DNA from: the human T2T-CHM13v2.0 reference genome, Homo sapiens
DNA: 64,000 nucleotides
Assembly: GCF_009914755.1 (NCBI RefSeq)
Contig: NC_060932.1
Direction: 5' to 3' (one strand)
The translations under genes were made by a program, and so were the position numbers. Below, piece by piece: positions 12,751-30,503 of this stretch. Below the pieces are notes generated by a model, which searched no databases, was not told the DNA's origin, and worked only from the letters and a program-made list of their open reading frames with translations. Numbering within the stretch: position 1 is the first letter of the stretch; each line of letters begins with the position of its first letter.

Positions 12751-15336
12751 TTCAGATGATAAATTTTATGCTGTATGTATTTTACCATAATACAAAATTG
12801 GTTGAAGAGGAGTACATATAAACACAACAACGAAGTGTTTAACTCATCAATTTCAGATACACAGTAAAAGAATGTATATGAGAATTGGTCAAGGACATTC
12901 TGAGGCTTTAAGCTTCAAGTCAAGAAAAACAACTGCCTTTCTGAAAACTTACACCGCTCACAGAGTCTGGTGGGCTATGAATTTGATGGTACAACTTCTA
13001 ACTTGACAGTGTGGAGATCAAGGGTATAGGAATGTAAAAAGCTTTGAAAAGTTTCAGAGTGGAGTTTGCACAGCTGGACACAGGGCACCACAAACACAGG
13101 TGGTGCATTTGTGCCTTTGGTGGACAAAGTATCACGCACAATGCACAGGCGCTTCCCTGGCTGGACAATAGGTCTCTCTCTCCATCCCCTCTCTCTCTGT
13201 TTCAAGAGAAGACATTTTACGTAGGACCTTCCACTCTGAATATGAAGGGTATATCATTTCCCTCTCAAATCCAGACTCCTCTAGTTGAATGGCTGACAGC
13301 CAACAGAAGGGGTGTATGCACCCTTCATTAGGCCAGATTTACTGTCCGCCTTCCATGAGTGGTTCAGCATGCTCTCTGTCCAGCTGTGGCTCCTGCCTGC
13401 AAAGCGTGCCATCAGCTTCCTGGTTCAGAGAGAGCTAATTTTCTCTAATTGCTTCCAATGAGAGGTGGGAGGCAGGAGGGTATGTGCCCCATTCAGAGCC
13501 GCTGTTCTCATCAGCCTCACCAAGCAGTGAGAGCAGCTTTCACATTCAAGGTCTTCTTTCCATTATTTGGGTAAAAATGTTTTGTCTCATAACCTGGGAT
13601 TTAAGAATCTTCAACAGGTTGCTTAACCCTTAAAGATCTGACCCACCTGGCCTTTAATAGATTTAAAGACTTTATTTGGTTTTATGATTTTTAAAGGAAT
13701 CATAATTCCTACTTATTTAAGAACTTTAATTCCTATATAAGAATAATTTATTCTCATTCATACTTGTAAAAAAAGTGTATCCATTGTTTTAGAAAAGGGG
13801 AAAATAGAAGACAGGTTAAAAAAGAAAACTAAAAGGCATTTGGTGTTGCTTAGATGTACATGTTTTGTAGTATATATATGTGGTTTTGATCATAAATAAT
13901 GTATCAAAGACATATAATACCAATTTCTGTTCTTTTTTCTGAAATCTTAGAATTGAGTCCTTAGAAGAAATACCAAGCTAAAGGGCATGTGAATTTCTAA
14001 GTTTCCTGGCACTTAATTCCAAATTGTTATTCCAATTTCTAGTGTGCCATACTACATCTTTATTAGCATTCAGGATTATCTTCTTGGTTAATATAGTAAA
14101 ATATCATTTTGTTGTTTGAATTTTCATTGCTTTGATAATTGATGATATTTAAAGATGTTTAGGCTCTTTTTTTCTTTTTCATTTGCTCAGCTTTTCTGAA
14201 AACCTTTAGGAGACAAGTTTCTCCCAAATTTTTTCTACTGAGATTTATGCATTACTGATATGACTTCTAACATATAAGCTAGTTAACATCAAGAGGATTA
14301 GTCTATCACACCACTTGTCACCTGGGGCAAGGTAGTATCCAGTTCAATAGGGTAAAGGTCAAGTAAGTGTTTTGTTTGTTTAAAGGGGAACACGGGTAGG
14401 AGTTATCCCAAAGTTAGAACGCAATGAAACCCAACTATATAGTAAAATATATTTGGGGCTCAACTCTGTTAGCCATCAAAGGTAGTACAAAACATCAGAA
14501 GATGAAGAGGGTTTTGAAAGAAAGAAGGGCCATGTCAGATTAAGAGGTAGAGGAACATCAAGATAATTTTTCTTCTATTAGAGTTTCTCTTTTAGGGTTT
14601 CTATTAGAGTTTCTCTAATAGGGGGTAGAGAAACAGCAAGATAATTTTTTTTCTATTAGAATTTCTCCATTAGAGTTTCTCACCTGCAAGGTGTTGACTT
14701 TCCAGTTACCTGGCATTTCATTCTACTTTTTGGAATGGCCTGAGCTGAAATTAATCAGGCTCTGTTGATGATGCATCCACCAGGGTTTCCCATTGGATGC
14801 TTAGAAAAAATTCCATCACAGAATATCTGTGTCTTGTCTTCTTGGGGGCTAGGAGATCCCCCAAATTTTTCTCTTCTGTTCTTGTTTGATAAAGGATGTG
14901 TGGAGGACCTGGTGCTTGAGAGTTTCAGTTTGACATAAAGGTACTAGTTCTGGAGAGTCTCTTGGGCCACTTTATGTTAACAAAGACTCTCTTGATCAGC
15001 CTTTAGTTAAGCTTCTCTGAGCTCTCTCCTTGACTAGGCTTCAACCTTGGGCTTCTGTGTCAGTCCTTGTGGAGTCTGGTTTTAGCAAGAATCTTGCAAA
15101 GTCAGTTTAGAGAGAATACCCCACCTTTTATATCTGATCAATTTCCTCAATCCCCACCTGTAATGTATAAGCCCTTGACCTGCCTTGAGTAGAAATCTCC
15201 TACCCTTCATGTCTCCTCCTAGTAATTTTCCATCCACTGACCCCACACTCTGCTCTTTGACTCTAAATCTTCATTTGTCCTTGTTGTCTTCAATGTCGAG
15301 GCCAATCTCTTTCCCCTACCATAATATCTCTATTGA

Positions 15337-15828
<492 letters not shown>

Positions 15829-16129
15829 TGAGCTTCCCGTCACTCTCTGGGGCGGAATGGAATATTACACAACTGGCACGGTAAAGAATGCACTTGGTTT
15901 TGGTGGTGGATAACATTTTCCTTTGCACCTGAAGCACTTCCACAAATAGCCCATTTGTCCTCCTTGCAATTAAATTAGAAAAACTGTCTCTAAGCTTGGT
16001 TTGACCTATCTGTAGCTCTTTGAAAAGACTGCTTGATCTTTCCTCACTCTCCGTGTACCTAAATCTTGTTCAGGCTCTGTCCAGAAATCAATAGGAAACA
16101 TAAAACCTTGAAGCATTATAAAATCAGGC

Positions 16130-16290
16130 ATTCTAAACTGGAAAGGGCCTTTGATTATTTAGCCCAAATGCATCACCTGTTTTACAGACGAGCAACCTGA
16201 AGTTCGGAGAGGTGGAACTTCCTCCAGGTCATCTGCTGCACTGGTGATAGAGGCAGGACTAAACACTCTCGGTGCAGTGTTCCTTCTCTG
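16130..16290 (-). mobile_element. MIR SINE relic
   Basis: ctggaaagggcctttg...ttttacagacgagcaacctgaagttcggagagg...ccaggtca...gtgatagaggcaggactaaa. Confidence 0.55.
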
Positions 16291-17379
16291 AGTCATGTTG
16301 ACTACTATATGCTCATTCACAGTCACAAACTAAAAATCTCAGACAAGTCAAAAGCATACAATTACAGGACCAGAAGACTCCTCAGTGATTATCTGGGAGT
16401 CCAGGCATCCAAGGGACTTGACCAAGTTTTTGCAGCTATTGCTGGTAGACCAAGTACGGAAATACACTTCTCTTGACTCTCAGTCTAGTGCTCCTTTCCC
16501 TGCAGTACTCTGTGCAATACCAAAAGATATGGATCTCCAGGATTGGCTGAGGTTAGCAATTAATATGGTATTTTTAGTCATGTCTACTTGGAGTAGGGGG
16601 TGCTGATTTTTGTTTCATGTGTGTTCTTGAGACTTTTTGATGAGGTTCCGTATGCCTCACTCTAGGTGATGTTTTTATTAGTACCATGTTGTCTTCCTAT
16701 AAAGAGTTTTTATGGCGAACAGAAAGCTGTCTGGATTCTTGCTATGGTTGTAGGCAGGAGGGAACATGGTGTGTGGCTTCTGAACAAACTCTGGCTGCTC
16801 TTTAAGTTCAATGAAGTGAAAAAAAGGCAAGTTAATTGACTACAGACATATGCAAGAGAGCTCTCAATTGAGCCATAAGATCTTTTGGAATGTGGGTGTT
16901 TACAAGGTAGCTATAAGCACTCTCATAAGTACTGCACCTGTGAATCATGGACTTTCATTGTACATAGCTTTCCACTGCTTGCTTCTTGAGGCTACTGTTC
17001 AGCCCATCAGTAATTTTTAAAGATCCTTTAGAAAGTTATATAGAGGAATGCAAATGTGAGTAAACAAGGCGCCTCTACCTACTGATGGCATCTTCAATAT
17101 TTACATTGGCCCGTTGAGTTTTATCAGCTGGATATTGCTATAAAACACATCACCTGAAAATTAAGTGGTTTGAAATAATGAGTATTTGTAGTTGTTCACA
17201 AACCTGTGGGTCAGCTGGGCGGTGCTGCAGATCTGAACCAGGTGTGGCTGATCTTGAATGGGCTCTTTCCTGCTGCGGAAGGCAGCCAGCAAGGTAGGTG
17301 GGGGCTGATGGTCAGGGATGGCCTCACTCCTATGTTTTCCCATTGGCTGACTATCAGCCAGGGCTGCAGTGATGACTGG

Positions 17380-18079
<700 letters not shown>

Positions 18080-20901
18080 CAAGTCTCTGTGTTCTCCTTC
18101 ATCTATCATACTACCCGAGGTTTGTTTACGTGGTAAAGACAAGGTTCGGAGAGAAATGGTTGAAACCAGCATAGCTTCTTGAGACACAATGACACTTATG
18201 CCACATGCTATTGGCCAGAGCAAGTCACAGAACATCTGGATTCAAGAGGAGGGAAATGGATTCCACACCTTGATGGAGGAGATGCAAAGTCATATCACTT
18301 GGGACATGGATACAGGGAGGGGTGCAATTTGGGATGTTTTTGCAATTAACCTACCACAGGCTTAAGGAGGCTTTTAGGATTTACCTTCTGCTCTAATGAG
18401 TTTCAACCACCATGGCTTAGAGAACATTTCTTAAAACTCAGTCATCTTTCATGTATCCATTGTTCTCCAAAGGGACTAAGTTTTGTTCCATGGTCAGTCT
18501 TTTCCATGTGTTCTTGGACCTTATACAAAACCCAAGCCTGGAATTACAGCACCTGGATTTATTCATCAAGCATTCGCCAGTTCCTGGTTCTATGCATGTG
18601 TTCACAAAACTCAGAACAGGGCATTCCTCTGAATAGAGAAGAAAAATAGAGTCAGTCAGAAAAGAAATTTTTTGTCTAAGAATACAATCCACCGTACTAC
18701 CACCAGACTTGGTTCCCTTTCAATGTCGAGAGTAACACATTCCTTTTATGTGTTGCTTAATTTGCTTGTTTTAAGCAGTTCCTTGTTTTTGGAGTGTCTT
18801 TTTTGATAACATTGAGATACCACATCCACTGATCATGTCTAAAAGCTGACAATTTCTGAAGGAAATAAACTGTTCAAAATTAACTACTCTCTCACTATAT
18901 ATATAGCATTGTATTTTCAGTACACATTTTTGGTACACATATTCGTGGTACATATTTTCCAGCTGGCTTGTGCTAATGTACTAGTGATTAGAACCAAGAC
19001 TAAGAAAAAAGTGCATTGCCATTTTCAATCAACGTGGGTAGAGCTGAATGGTTGATTCCAAATCAAGTTATTTTGCCTAAAGCAAGACAGATAGGAGAGA
19101 GAGAGAGAGAGAGATAATACAGAGATAGATAATCACAAACTGCCATTTAGAGAAAATCATTACTACTATCAATTATAAGAGTGATTAGCAAGTTTATGGA
19201 TAGCATGATGGCTAGCAATCTTTATACAAATGTGGCTGATTTTCACTAAGTCTTTTAATTCTCAGAATTGTTTCATGACTTTTTTGGAGAAAATTGTTGA
19301 GGCATGAAAAGAATTTCATGACTGAGATAGATATTGTACCTTAGGAAATATAAAATTTAACAAATCTGTAGAAAAGGAAGACTTAGGCTTTGACTTTAAA
19401 AGCCCATTCCACTTACAAGATTTCATTTTTTGTTTATTCAATTTGGAAAGCACATTTTCTTATATAATCAATAAGAAGATTTTTATGGCATGCTCGAGTG
19501 TAGTCTGATTCCAGGTCTCATAATTCCTTTGCACTCAAAAAAGGAACTTTGTTACATCTTGCCACTCATGCTCACTCTTCAGTGGGCAAAGTGACTTTGC
19601 CATACTGTCACCATCCTTGAGCCACTGCCCGGTCCTTGAAAACTAGGATTCTTCATTTCCTTTTGCATCGTCAGCGTGAGGAAGGGGAGGGGGAGGTAAG
19701 ATTCTGGACAGCTGGACTGAAAACAATGGAAAATCCCTAGTAACAGCTTGAATCACTCACTAGCAGGAGGAAAATGTGACTCGTTTCTTTTCCTCTTTAG
19801 CTTTTGTTGATTTTTTTCATAATGAGCTCAGAAAGAGGGAAAGATCAATATTCATGTTGAGTTGGTATCCATCATAGTGATATTCAGTGATTATAACTCT
19901 CCAATTCTCACTAGGACAAATATAACCACGCAAACTGGCTAACTGCACTTGCTGGCATGGTTCCTTTGGAAACTCCTGGATTTCTCTGAATTACAAACAG
20001 AAGGAGAGTAATAGATTTTGTCTCTTTAATTTTCTGTCTCTTGAAATCTCAGATCACAAAAATTGAGTCTTTCTTAACTGGTGATTTCTTATTCGTCAAT
20101 GACTCCTTAAAAGATATGCAGAAAGTAATGGCCCTCTAACCCTTCACCTTTGTAAGCTCTTTAATCCTGAGGGGATGGACTTCCTGATTTCTGTTCTCTC
20201 AGATTCTAAGGAGGAAAAGACTAGCTGTTGTCTCTCAAGTCTACCTATTGCTGTCCTACAGAGCAAGGACCCCTCTTGTTCTCCAGCTCCTCAGGAATAG
20301 GATTCTTGGTTCCCTAACTCTAAAATAGGAGCTCACAAGGTTATTGTCAAGGACAAATGAGGGCAGTGTTAACGTATTAAAAAAAAAAAACTAGTCAGAG
20401 ATTGCTTGATTTTCAAACTTGATAGTATGCTTTCGAAGTTACATAATCAAAATTATAGTTGTATTTAAAATGTTAAGTTCAGCTTACAAACCTTCTTAAC
20501 CTATTTGTAAGTCAAGCAAATTTTAAAAATCCTTCTTAAGGGAAGCTTGATTAATGATTTCTTCTCATTTTCAAATGTAGTTAAACATTTTTAAACACTT
20601 AAAGCTTGATTTGTAAATTTAATACATTTAATTTTAAGTACTTTAGCTTGTCTAACTTAACAAATGAGATACTCATGAATATTTGAATAGCTCATCAATT
20701 AGATACTTATAAATATGAAATATAGTTTTTAAGTTCTTTTAAAGTTCTCAATGTACTTGTAAACTTGTAAGGATTTCAGGTCAAAACGATAAGTTTAAAT
20801 CATTTACTCGATTTAACATTTTAAATTGGAAGCACAATTCTAATTCACTATTATTTTAATAGGCCAAAATATCTTAAAATTACAAGTATATAAAATATCA
20901 G

Positions 20902-21207
<306 letters not shown>

Positions 21208-21819
21208 GGACTAATGCAAAATTATTTGATACTATGGGTTTCATTTCATACAGTCATATGAAATGAAATAATTATGTATACAATTATATATATATACATA
21301 TATATAGAGAGAGGGTGTAAATATATAATTTATTCTTAATGCTCAATCTTATCAGAGCTGAAAGATGGTTACCCATGAAGGAATCAATGACACCATTTCA
21401 CATATGATTGCAGTTACCATTCCCTTGTAGTTGCTGGGCTAGCTCTCTCAGCTTTCCAAGATTTTTTTGAGGCTCAGAGGACCTCCTCTCCTGAATGAGA
21501 ACTGGGTTCTAACGAATGACCCTAACTGTGCCCTGTTACAGTGGCTCTGTCTTATGCCCACGTGAAGTGATGTCACAGACCATATTCACGATATCGAAGC
21601 TACACATTACTAAACCTTCTGCCGACCCACAGAAGCCCAAAACTCCCATCCTCATAGTCATATCAATGGATTAGATTTTATTATATTTGCTGCAAACTCT
21701 TTTTATAATGTTCTTCCTACTCACCTTATTCTTATGTCTATTCTATTGAGATCTAATTAAATTATGAATGTCTCTTAAGACTCTATCTGGCTTTATAGTG
21801 ACAACATCAAAGGATATTT

Positions 21820-22264
21820 GTATTAGGGTTCTGCAGAGACACAGGATGTGTGTGTGTGTGTGTGTGCATGCATTTGTGTGTGTGTACACAAGTCCCAAGA
21901 TGTACAGGTTATGTTGGCAAGCCAGGAGAACCAATGGTGTAGTTCCCGTATGAAAGCCAGCAGGCTCCATACCCAGGAAGAGCTGACATTTCAGTTCCAG
22001 TCCAAAGTCAGGAAAAAGCCAATGTCCCAGTTTGAATACAATCAGGAAGGAGAAGTTCTTTCTTATTCAGGGGAAGGTCGCCATTTTGTTCTCTTCGTGT
22101 CTTCAACTGACTAGATGAGATCCAGTTACATGAGGTAGGGCAATCTGTTTTAGTCAATTTATATTTAAATGTTAATCTAATCTAAAGCCACCCTCACAGA
22201 AACACCAGAATAATGCTTGACCAAATGTTGGGTCTCCTCATAACATACAAAGTTAGCCATCACG
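21820..22264 (-). mobile_element. MLT2B-like ERVL solo LTR with internal (TG)n
   Basis: tgtattagggttct...aagtcccaagat...cccaggaagagctga...ttcaactgactagatgag...aatgttaatct...accctcacagaaacaccagaataatg...ccatcac; 5-bp TSD atatt. Confidence 0.8.
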
Positions 22265-22445
22265 ATATTTTCCTGGCATACACTGTGAAACCACTGACCT
22301 GGAACCCTCTGACTTCTGTCAGCTATTTAATAGATAAGTCTTTCTAATCTTGAGTGTTTGTAAAGCAGTTGGATATAAATTTGAAAATTTTTAAATGAAA
22401 CGATAAATCATGTGTGACCTCTTGAGCCTATTAATCCTAAAGTAA

Positions 22446-22759
<314 letters not shown>

Positions 22760-23744
22760 TGCTATCCACTCTTGATACTGTTTGGCATGTGACTTAAAAC
22801 AAGCAACAGTTGAAAATATAAACTAGAAAATGAGCATATATGTTCATTGTTGCTAAAGGCTTGGTACCAGCACCAGCTACAGGAGTTTATAGCATACCTT
22901 CTCAGAGAAAGGCCTCTTCATTCTGGGTTTAGAGGTGTTGGTATCCTCTGTTGCAAGATGTTATTCAATCAATTCAATCCTGAGTTTTCAACATCAGCAA
23001 CATTACATGTGCATTTACAGGAAGAAGACCAGAGTAGGAACACTTTCATTTTTTCCCCCAACCATCTACAAAAATGAAGATTACCTGAAATGTTTACTTT
23101 ATACTATGATCTTAAAACTATTTATTTTAATAATATCTATATAACCCAGATCAAGAAAACCAGTGAAAATTAGCCTATTCAATCCTTTCAAAAGGCTTTT
23201 TTATTCCAAAAGATTGAATAAAATTAGTTACTCCCTTTATCCTGAATTTCACTACAAATATTACATTTGCAAATGTCCCATCTGACTGTAATAAATGCCA
23301 GTGACTTTAACTCTGTGGTTGGTGATATGAAGAAAACCATATGTGATAGATTCTAAATATATAACCACAAAAGCCAAACTGACGGTTTGGAACATCTCAG
23401 CAACTATTATTGATTACTACAGTTGAAGAGGTTGAATCAGTTTGCATGGCAATTCTCCTCCTCTTCTTCCTCCCATACCCACTCCTCCTCTTTCTTATTT
23501 TTCTCTCTTGCTCTCTCTCTCTGTTCTCCATTCGTTGTTTCTTTCTAATTCGCAGTAGCAGTAGCAGCAACCAGAAAAATATTTGAGAACTTTAAACTAA
23601 ATGGTTAACTAATAAGGCAATAAATAGAAGGTGTGACACTGAACGAGGAGTAAAAGCCAATGCATTCCACTACATTGAGAGACATTTATGAAGTATATTG
23701 AGTTACACAGACACTAACATTCAGAAACAATAAAATAGAGACAG

Positions 23745-24487
<743 letters not shown>

Positions 24488-24657
24488 GGACAATGATTTC
24501 TGAGAAAATAAAAAGATTATTTTGAGAAAATAACAACATTCCTTGTTTGATTTTTAGGAAAAGCCATTTTATTTTAATTTTTTTCTATTTTTTTATTTTT
24601 ATTTTTTACATTGAGGTTCTCTTTATTTTTTACTATTTCTTTTTTCTTTTCTTCTTC

Positions 24658-24957
24658 TTTTTTTTTTTTTTTTTTTGAGATGGAGTTTCACTCTGTCGCC
24701 CAGGCTGGAGAGCAATGGTGCTATCTCAGCTCACTGCAACATCCGCTTCCCGGGTTCAAGCAATTTCCCACCTCAGCCTCCCAAGCAGCTGGGATTACAG
24801 GCAACTGCTATCATGCCCAGCTAATTTTTGTATTTTTGTAGAAATGGAGTTTCACCATGTTGGCCAGGCTGGTCTTGAACTCCTTACCTCAGGTTATCAG
24901 CCCACCTGGGCCTCCCAAACTGCTTGGATTACAGGCATGAGCTACAGTGCACAGCCT
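24658..24957 (-). mobile_element. Alu (AluS)
   Basis: Canonical antisense dimer. Confidence 0.95.
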
Positions 24958-26607
24958 ATTTCTGACTATTTCTTGACGGCCATCCATGCTGGGGGAACAC
25001 CCTCATGTGCCTGTCAAGCCCAAATCCCACTCTAAAAATTCAGATTCCCTTTTCTGACTCCGTAGGATGCCTGTCCACGGAGGTCTCATAAATCCCCAAG
25101 CCCACATTTTCCCCAAGTCCTCCCCCTGCTGGTTACCTTTCCTTTCCCACTCACATGGAGCAGGTGTCCGAAACAATGGGTTTTGGGCAGAAAACGCATT
25201 TTAGTCAACTGTTGTATAAATATTCTAAACTAGTAATTAAGATTTTAAGCATGTGCTCTGGCTGGTCATGGTGGTCAGATTGCAAACAGTTGGCAATCTT
25301 ATTTCAGCAGTAGACTAGAATCTGGTCATAATTTATCCAAGGGAAAAAAGACTTGTCATTAAATTCTCTCCAACGGTCCTAAAATTTTAATTTATCCACG
25401 CCTACCTTGTCCATTACTGTTTTAAAACAGCTTTTTAAACGTCTAGATTCCAGCCCTGTGTAGAATCAAATATATTAGAACTTAGTCTTGTTACTTGGTC
25501 TGAATTGGAAACATTTCCAGTGCCTACCAGTTGCACACATCATTATCCACTCATAATTAGTTGTTTAATCTGAAAAGAGCAAGTTCTGCTCCATCACCTA
25601 ACATCTGTTCACTTTTACTCTTAGCTCTGTTCAACCAAATCCCATTATTGTCAGGAGAGGCTCTGGCAGACTTGTATCATTTACGAATGGTTTCTATTTC
25701 TTTGTAGATTTCTAATTCTTTGTTCTTGTAGCTGCTACATTCTCTGATAATAAATAACATTATGCAGTTATTTTTCGGAACTTGTGCTTGTTTTCAAAAT
25801 AACAAGACTAAGAACTAAAGATTTATTTGTCTGAAGTCACACAGTGCCTCAAAACATATCTCAAACACTAAAAATATTAACATCCACAAACTAACACCTA
25901 CTTATAAAAACTCTAGCAATTCTGAGAGAAATGGATTATTTACAATCCTCTCTCTGCTGATGTTACTGTTAAATGTCATATTAACTCCCAGTTATACTGA
26001 AACCATTTTAAATGTTATAGTACTTTGACCTTGGTTGTGAAAATAAAGTGTCTAGTGTAATTATTTAGGGATAGTATAGTTCCTAATTAAGACAAAATTT
26101 TCAGCAAAGATGATTAAAATTTGATAAGCTTTTAAATTTTTGTGTAATTTCTCCAAATAATGAAATGATTTCTTTTTCTAAAAAAATCTATAAATTTCCA
26201 GACTGAAATATGCATGTCAGAATAAAGGAAAATTTTATTATGGATCTGAAGTTTGCTCCATTTTATAACACATCTAGAAAATTTGGGGTACTGGCAGAGT
26301 GAACCCACAGAAGAGATTCTGATGAAACTGAAAGTGGATTGGTAGGAAAATTGCTTTACAATAATCTCTACTACTTGCTTTTCATGTAGGGGTTTGGGAA
26401 TTAGTCTCTTATTTCTACAACTTTCTATTTAACTGAAAAGACCTAACATCTTATAATAGGATTACACTTTCTGGTAGAATTTTCATGATACAATTCATTT
26501 AAACTATGTTCTTTGCATGTTCTGATGAAGACATTTCCTATGATGGCATTTTGGTCTTTCTATCTCCAGGGAAGTCAAGTGATTGGGAAGAATTTTAAAG
26601 AGACTTG

Positions 26608-26897
<290 letters not shown>

Positions 26898-27248
26898 GAG
26901 AGAGAGAGAGACTTGATGGTTTTCTCTTGAAAAAATAATCTCTTAGCCATTTTCCACTGCCACAAGTACATGTACATTGAAATTAGTGATACTGAATTTA
27001 TCATTGGCAAGATATCTAAATAAGATTTACTGTAGATTACCAGCGCATTAAGGAGCTCCTGGACAAAACATGTGCACATTTTCTGGCTGAGAAGTGCAGT
27101 CATTGAAGATTTGTAGACCAGAACATAACATATTGAACCCCATATCTATCTATATGCCAGTGTGTGTACTTACATATTAATTTCTCCTATGAAAGAGGAA
27201 TTAATAGGAAAAGAAAAGCAAGGAAGTAATGTTCAAAACTTCCTTAAT

Positions 27249-27573
27249 GGCCAGGTGCGGTGGCTCACGCCTGTAACCCCAGCCCTTTGGGGGGCTGAGA
27301 GGGGTGGATCACCTGAGGTCAGGAGTTCAAGACCAGCTGAGGTCAGGAGTTCCAGACCATCCTGGCCAAACTAGTGAAACCTCGTCTCTACTGAAAATAC
27401 AAAAATTAGCTAGGCATGGTGTCAGGTGCCTGTAATCCCAACTACTTGGGAGGCTGGCACAGGAGAATCGCTTAAACCTGGAAAGTGGAGGTTGCAATGA
27501 GCCAAGATCCTGTGCCATGGCACTCCAGCCTGGGCGACAAGAGTGAAACTTTGTCCCAAAAAAAAAAAAAAAA
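27249..27573 (+). mobile_element. Alu (AluSq/Sx-like) with a 24-bp internal duplication
   Basis: Dimer, TSD aaa(a/g)cttccttaa. Confidence 0.95.
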
Positions 27574-27774
27574 GCTTCCTTAAAAACAAAAAAAGCTTAT
27601 GTTGCCATTATTTGGGCTATTGATTTTTTTCTAGTGCAAAACATATACATATTTGATATATAACCTTGGAAAATACACAAAAGACAATAACAAAACACTC
27701 AAAGTCCTGCTATCTAAAAATAAACACTTTGCTTCTAGAGTTACTTTTATTCATATTTTTAAAACATATTTATA

Positions 27775-28119
<345 letters not shown>

Positions 28120-29408
28120 TTATCTAAAATTTAATTTAAAAATTTCTAGATTTCTCTGTAAAATCCTGGGAAAATCAAGGCAAGTTCATAGTGATCTATG
28201 AGTAATCTATTGAAATAGCTTGGCATTACATAAAAGCAATCCCTTCAGGTCTGAATAAAACCATAAATAGAATTTTCCTTTTGGCATTTACTTCATTTTA
28301 GACTCATTTAAATAGTAGGTTTATCAATGCAGTTTATTCTGAGCAGAGGGATGATGTAATGTATAATCAGTTACTCAAGTCAAAATGCCAGGAAAGTATA
28401 TGAATAGGTAGCAACAAGGTATTGGGTTGAAAAGAAAATGCTTGGCTGGCTCTTAGATGGCTTGCCCTTTAGTTGCTACTTTCCTTGGACCCTTTCCAGG
28501 GTCTCCAAGCATGAAGGACCCATCTCTCAGGAAGAAGTCCTTGCCCAGGGCTGTTTATCTTAGTTGAGTACAGCCAAGTACAAACCAGAGCGAAGTTGGG
28601 TCTTGATCTCCTATTGGGTGCCACTGTCTCTGCTTTCTTTTATGGCTAACAAGCCTATACTACCACAAGCCACATTTCATTTGATAGCATGGGTAGTGGA
28701 AGAGAGCATCCAAAGCCAGTCAATCCTAAATCATGTCTGCAAAAATATCTGTAAGGATAAGGCCTGGTGGACCTCAAGAACTGTCTCCCTCTAGTAATAA
28801 TCATATAACATTATTATTTTGCAGTGAAAAATTATCCAGTACACAAGCAGTCTATGCAATGTAATGAGAAGAATGCTTTGCAACTGTACTACTAGAAGCG
28901 AACTAATTCATGATTTATTTTTAAGTGATTAGAACCCTTAGTTTATCTGTGAGAACATCACTTAAATAAAATGTTTTAAAATATGCAATGCATATGCAAT
29001 AGCATTAAAGTATTAAATAGCATCTTAAAGAGCAAAAGAAACTATTAAGAATAATTAAGTGGATTTATTGGCTAATTGGTGTTTCCACATGTAGTTATTT
29101 CTGCAATTATTATTCATTTGCTGATTTACATAGAGCTATTCTCTAAAATTACTCTGGCATTAAATGAAGTTAGAAGACATCTCCAGTTTGGAAAATCTAT
29201 TAAGCAAAGCCTTTTCAACTTAAAGTTGAGGTGATACTGAATCAAGGCCTGGCAGAACTGACTACAGACTCAGAGGGAGTATGTTTATTGCTTTTAATTC
29301 TTCCTATTTCTGTTTGAACTAACATGGCAAAGGCTTTCATCTTCCAAACTACACTTATCCAGTCTATAAAACAAAGATGATATTGTTTCAACTATAAAGC
29401 ACAGATTA

Positions 29409-29996
<588 letters not shown>

Positions 29997-30503
29997 ATAA
30001 AAAGCAAATACTACCAAATTCTTACCTACCAGAGTTACGACTGCTATAACCCTTAACATTTAAACAAGGGAAATCATCATTTGGGAATTGTATTTCCTCT
30101 TCATACAAACTAGTCTTCCATGGTAATAGATTGGCTGGATGTTTTTCCAGTATGTTTTCTAGATAAATAGTCCTTGGAGCCATTGTTTCCCTAAGAATTA
30201 CCAAAAAAATAAAAACAGAAAGCAAAAACATGTTTGCTTTCTGCTGGAACATACATCTCAGGCAGTGCCGAGGACTAAAGATAAATTTGATACCTATGGA
30301 GGAATACATTCTAAAAATAAGATTTTATATCTGTTTGCATGTTAACAAAACTTATTTGTAAAGACACACATTCTAGAAAGTAACCTCAAAAGTACTCTTA
30401 TAAAGCACCTCATTTTGAAAGTCAAGTAGAGCAATTCCTGGGCAGATGATAATGATACTGCAGAGACATGTGAAGAAGGAAAAAAAATAATAATTTCGCT
30501 CCC

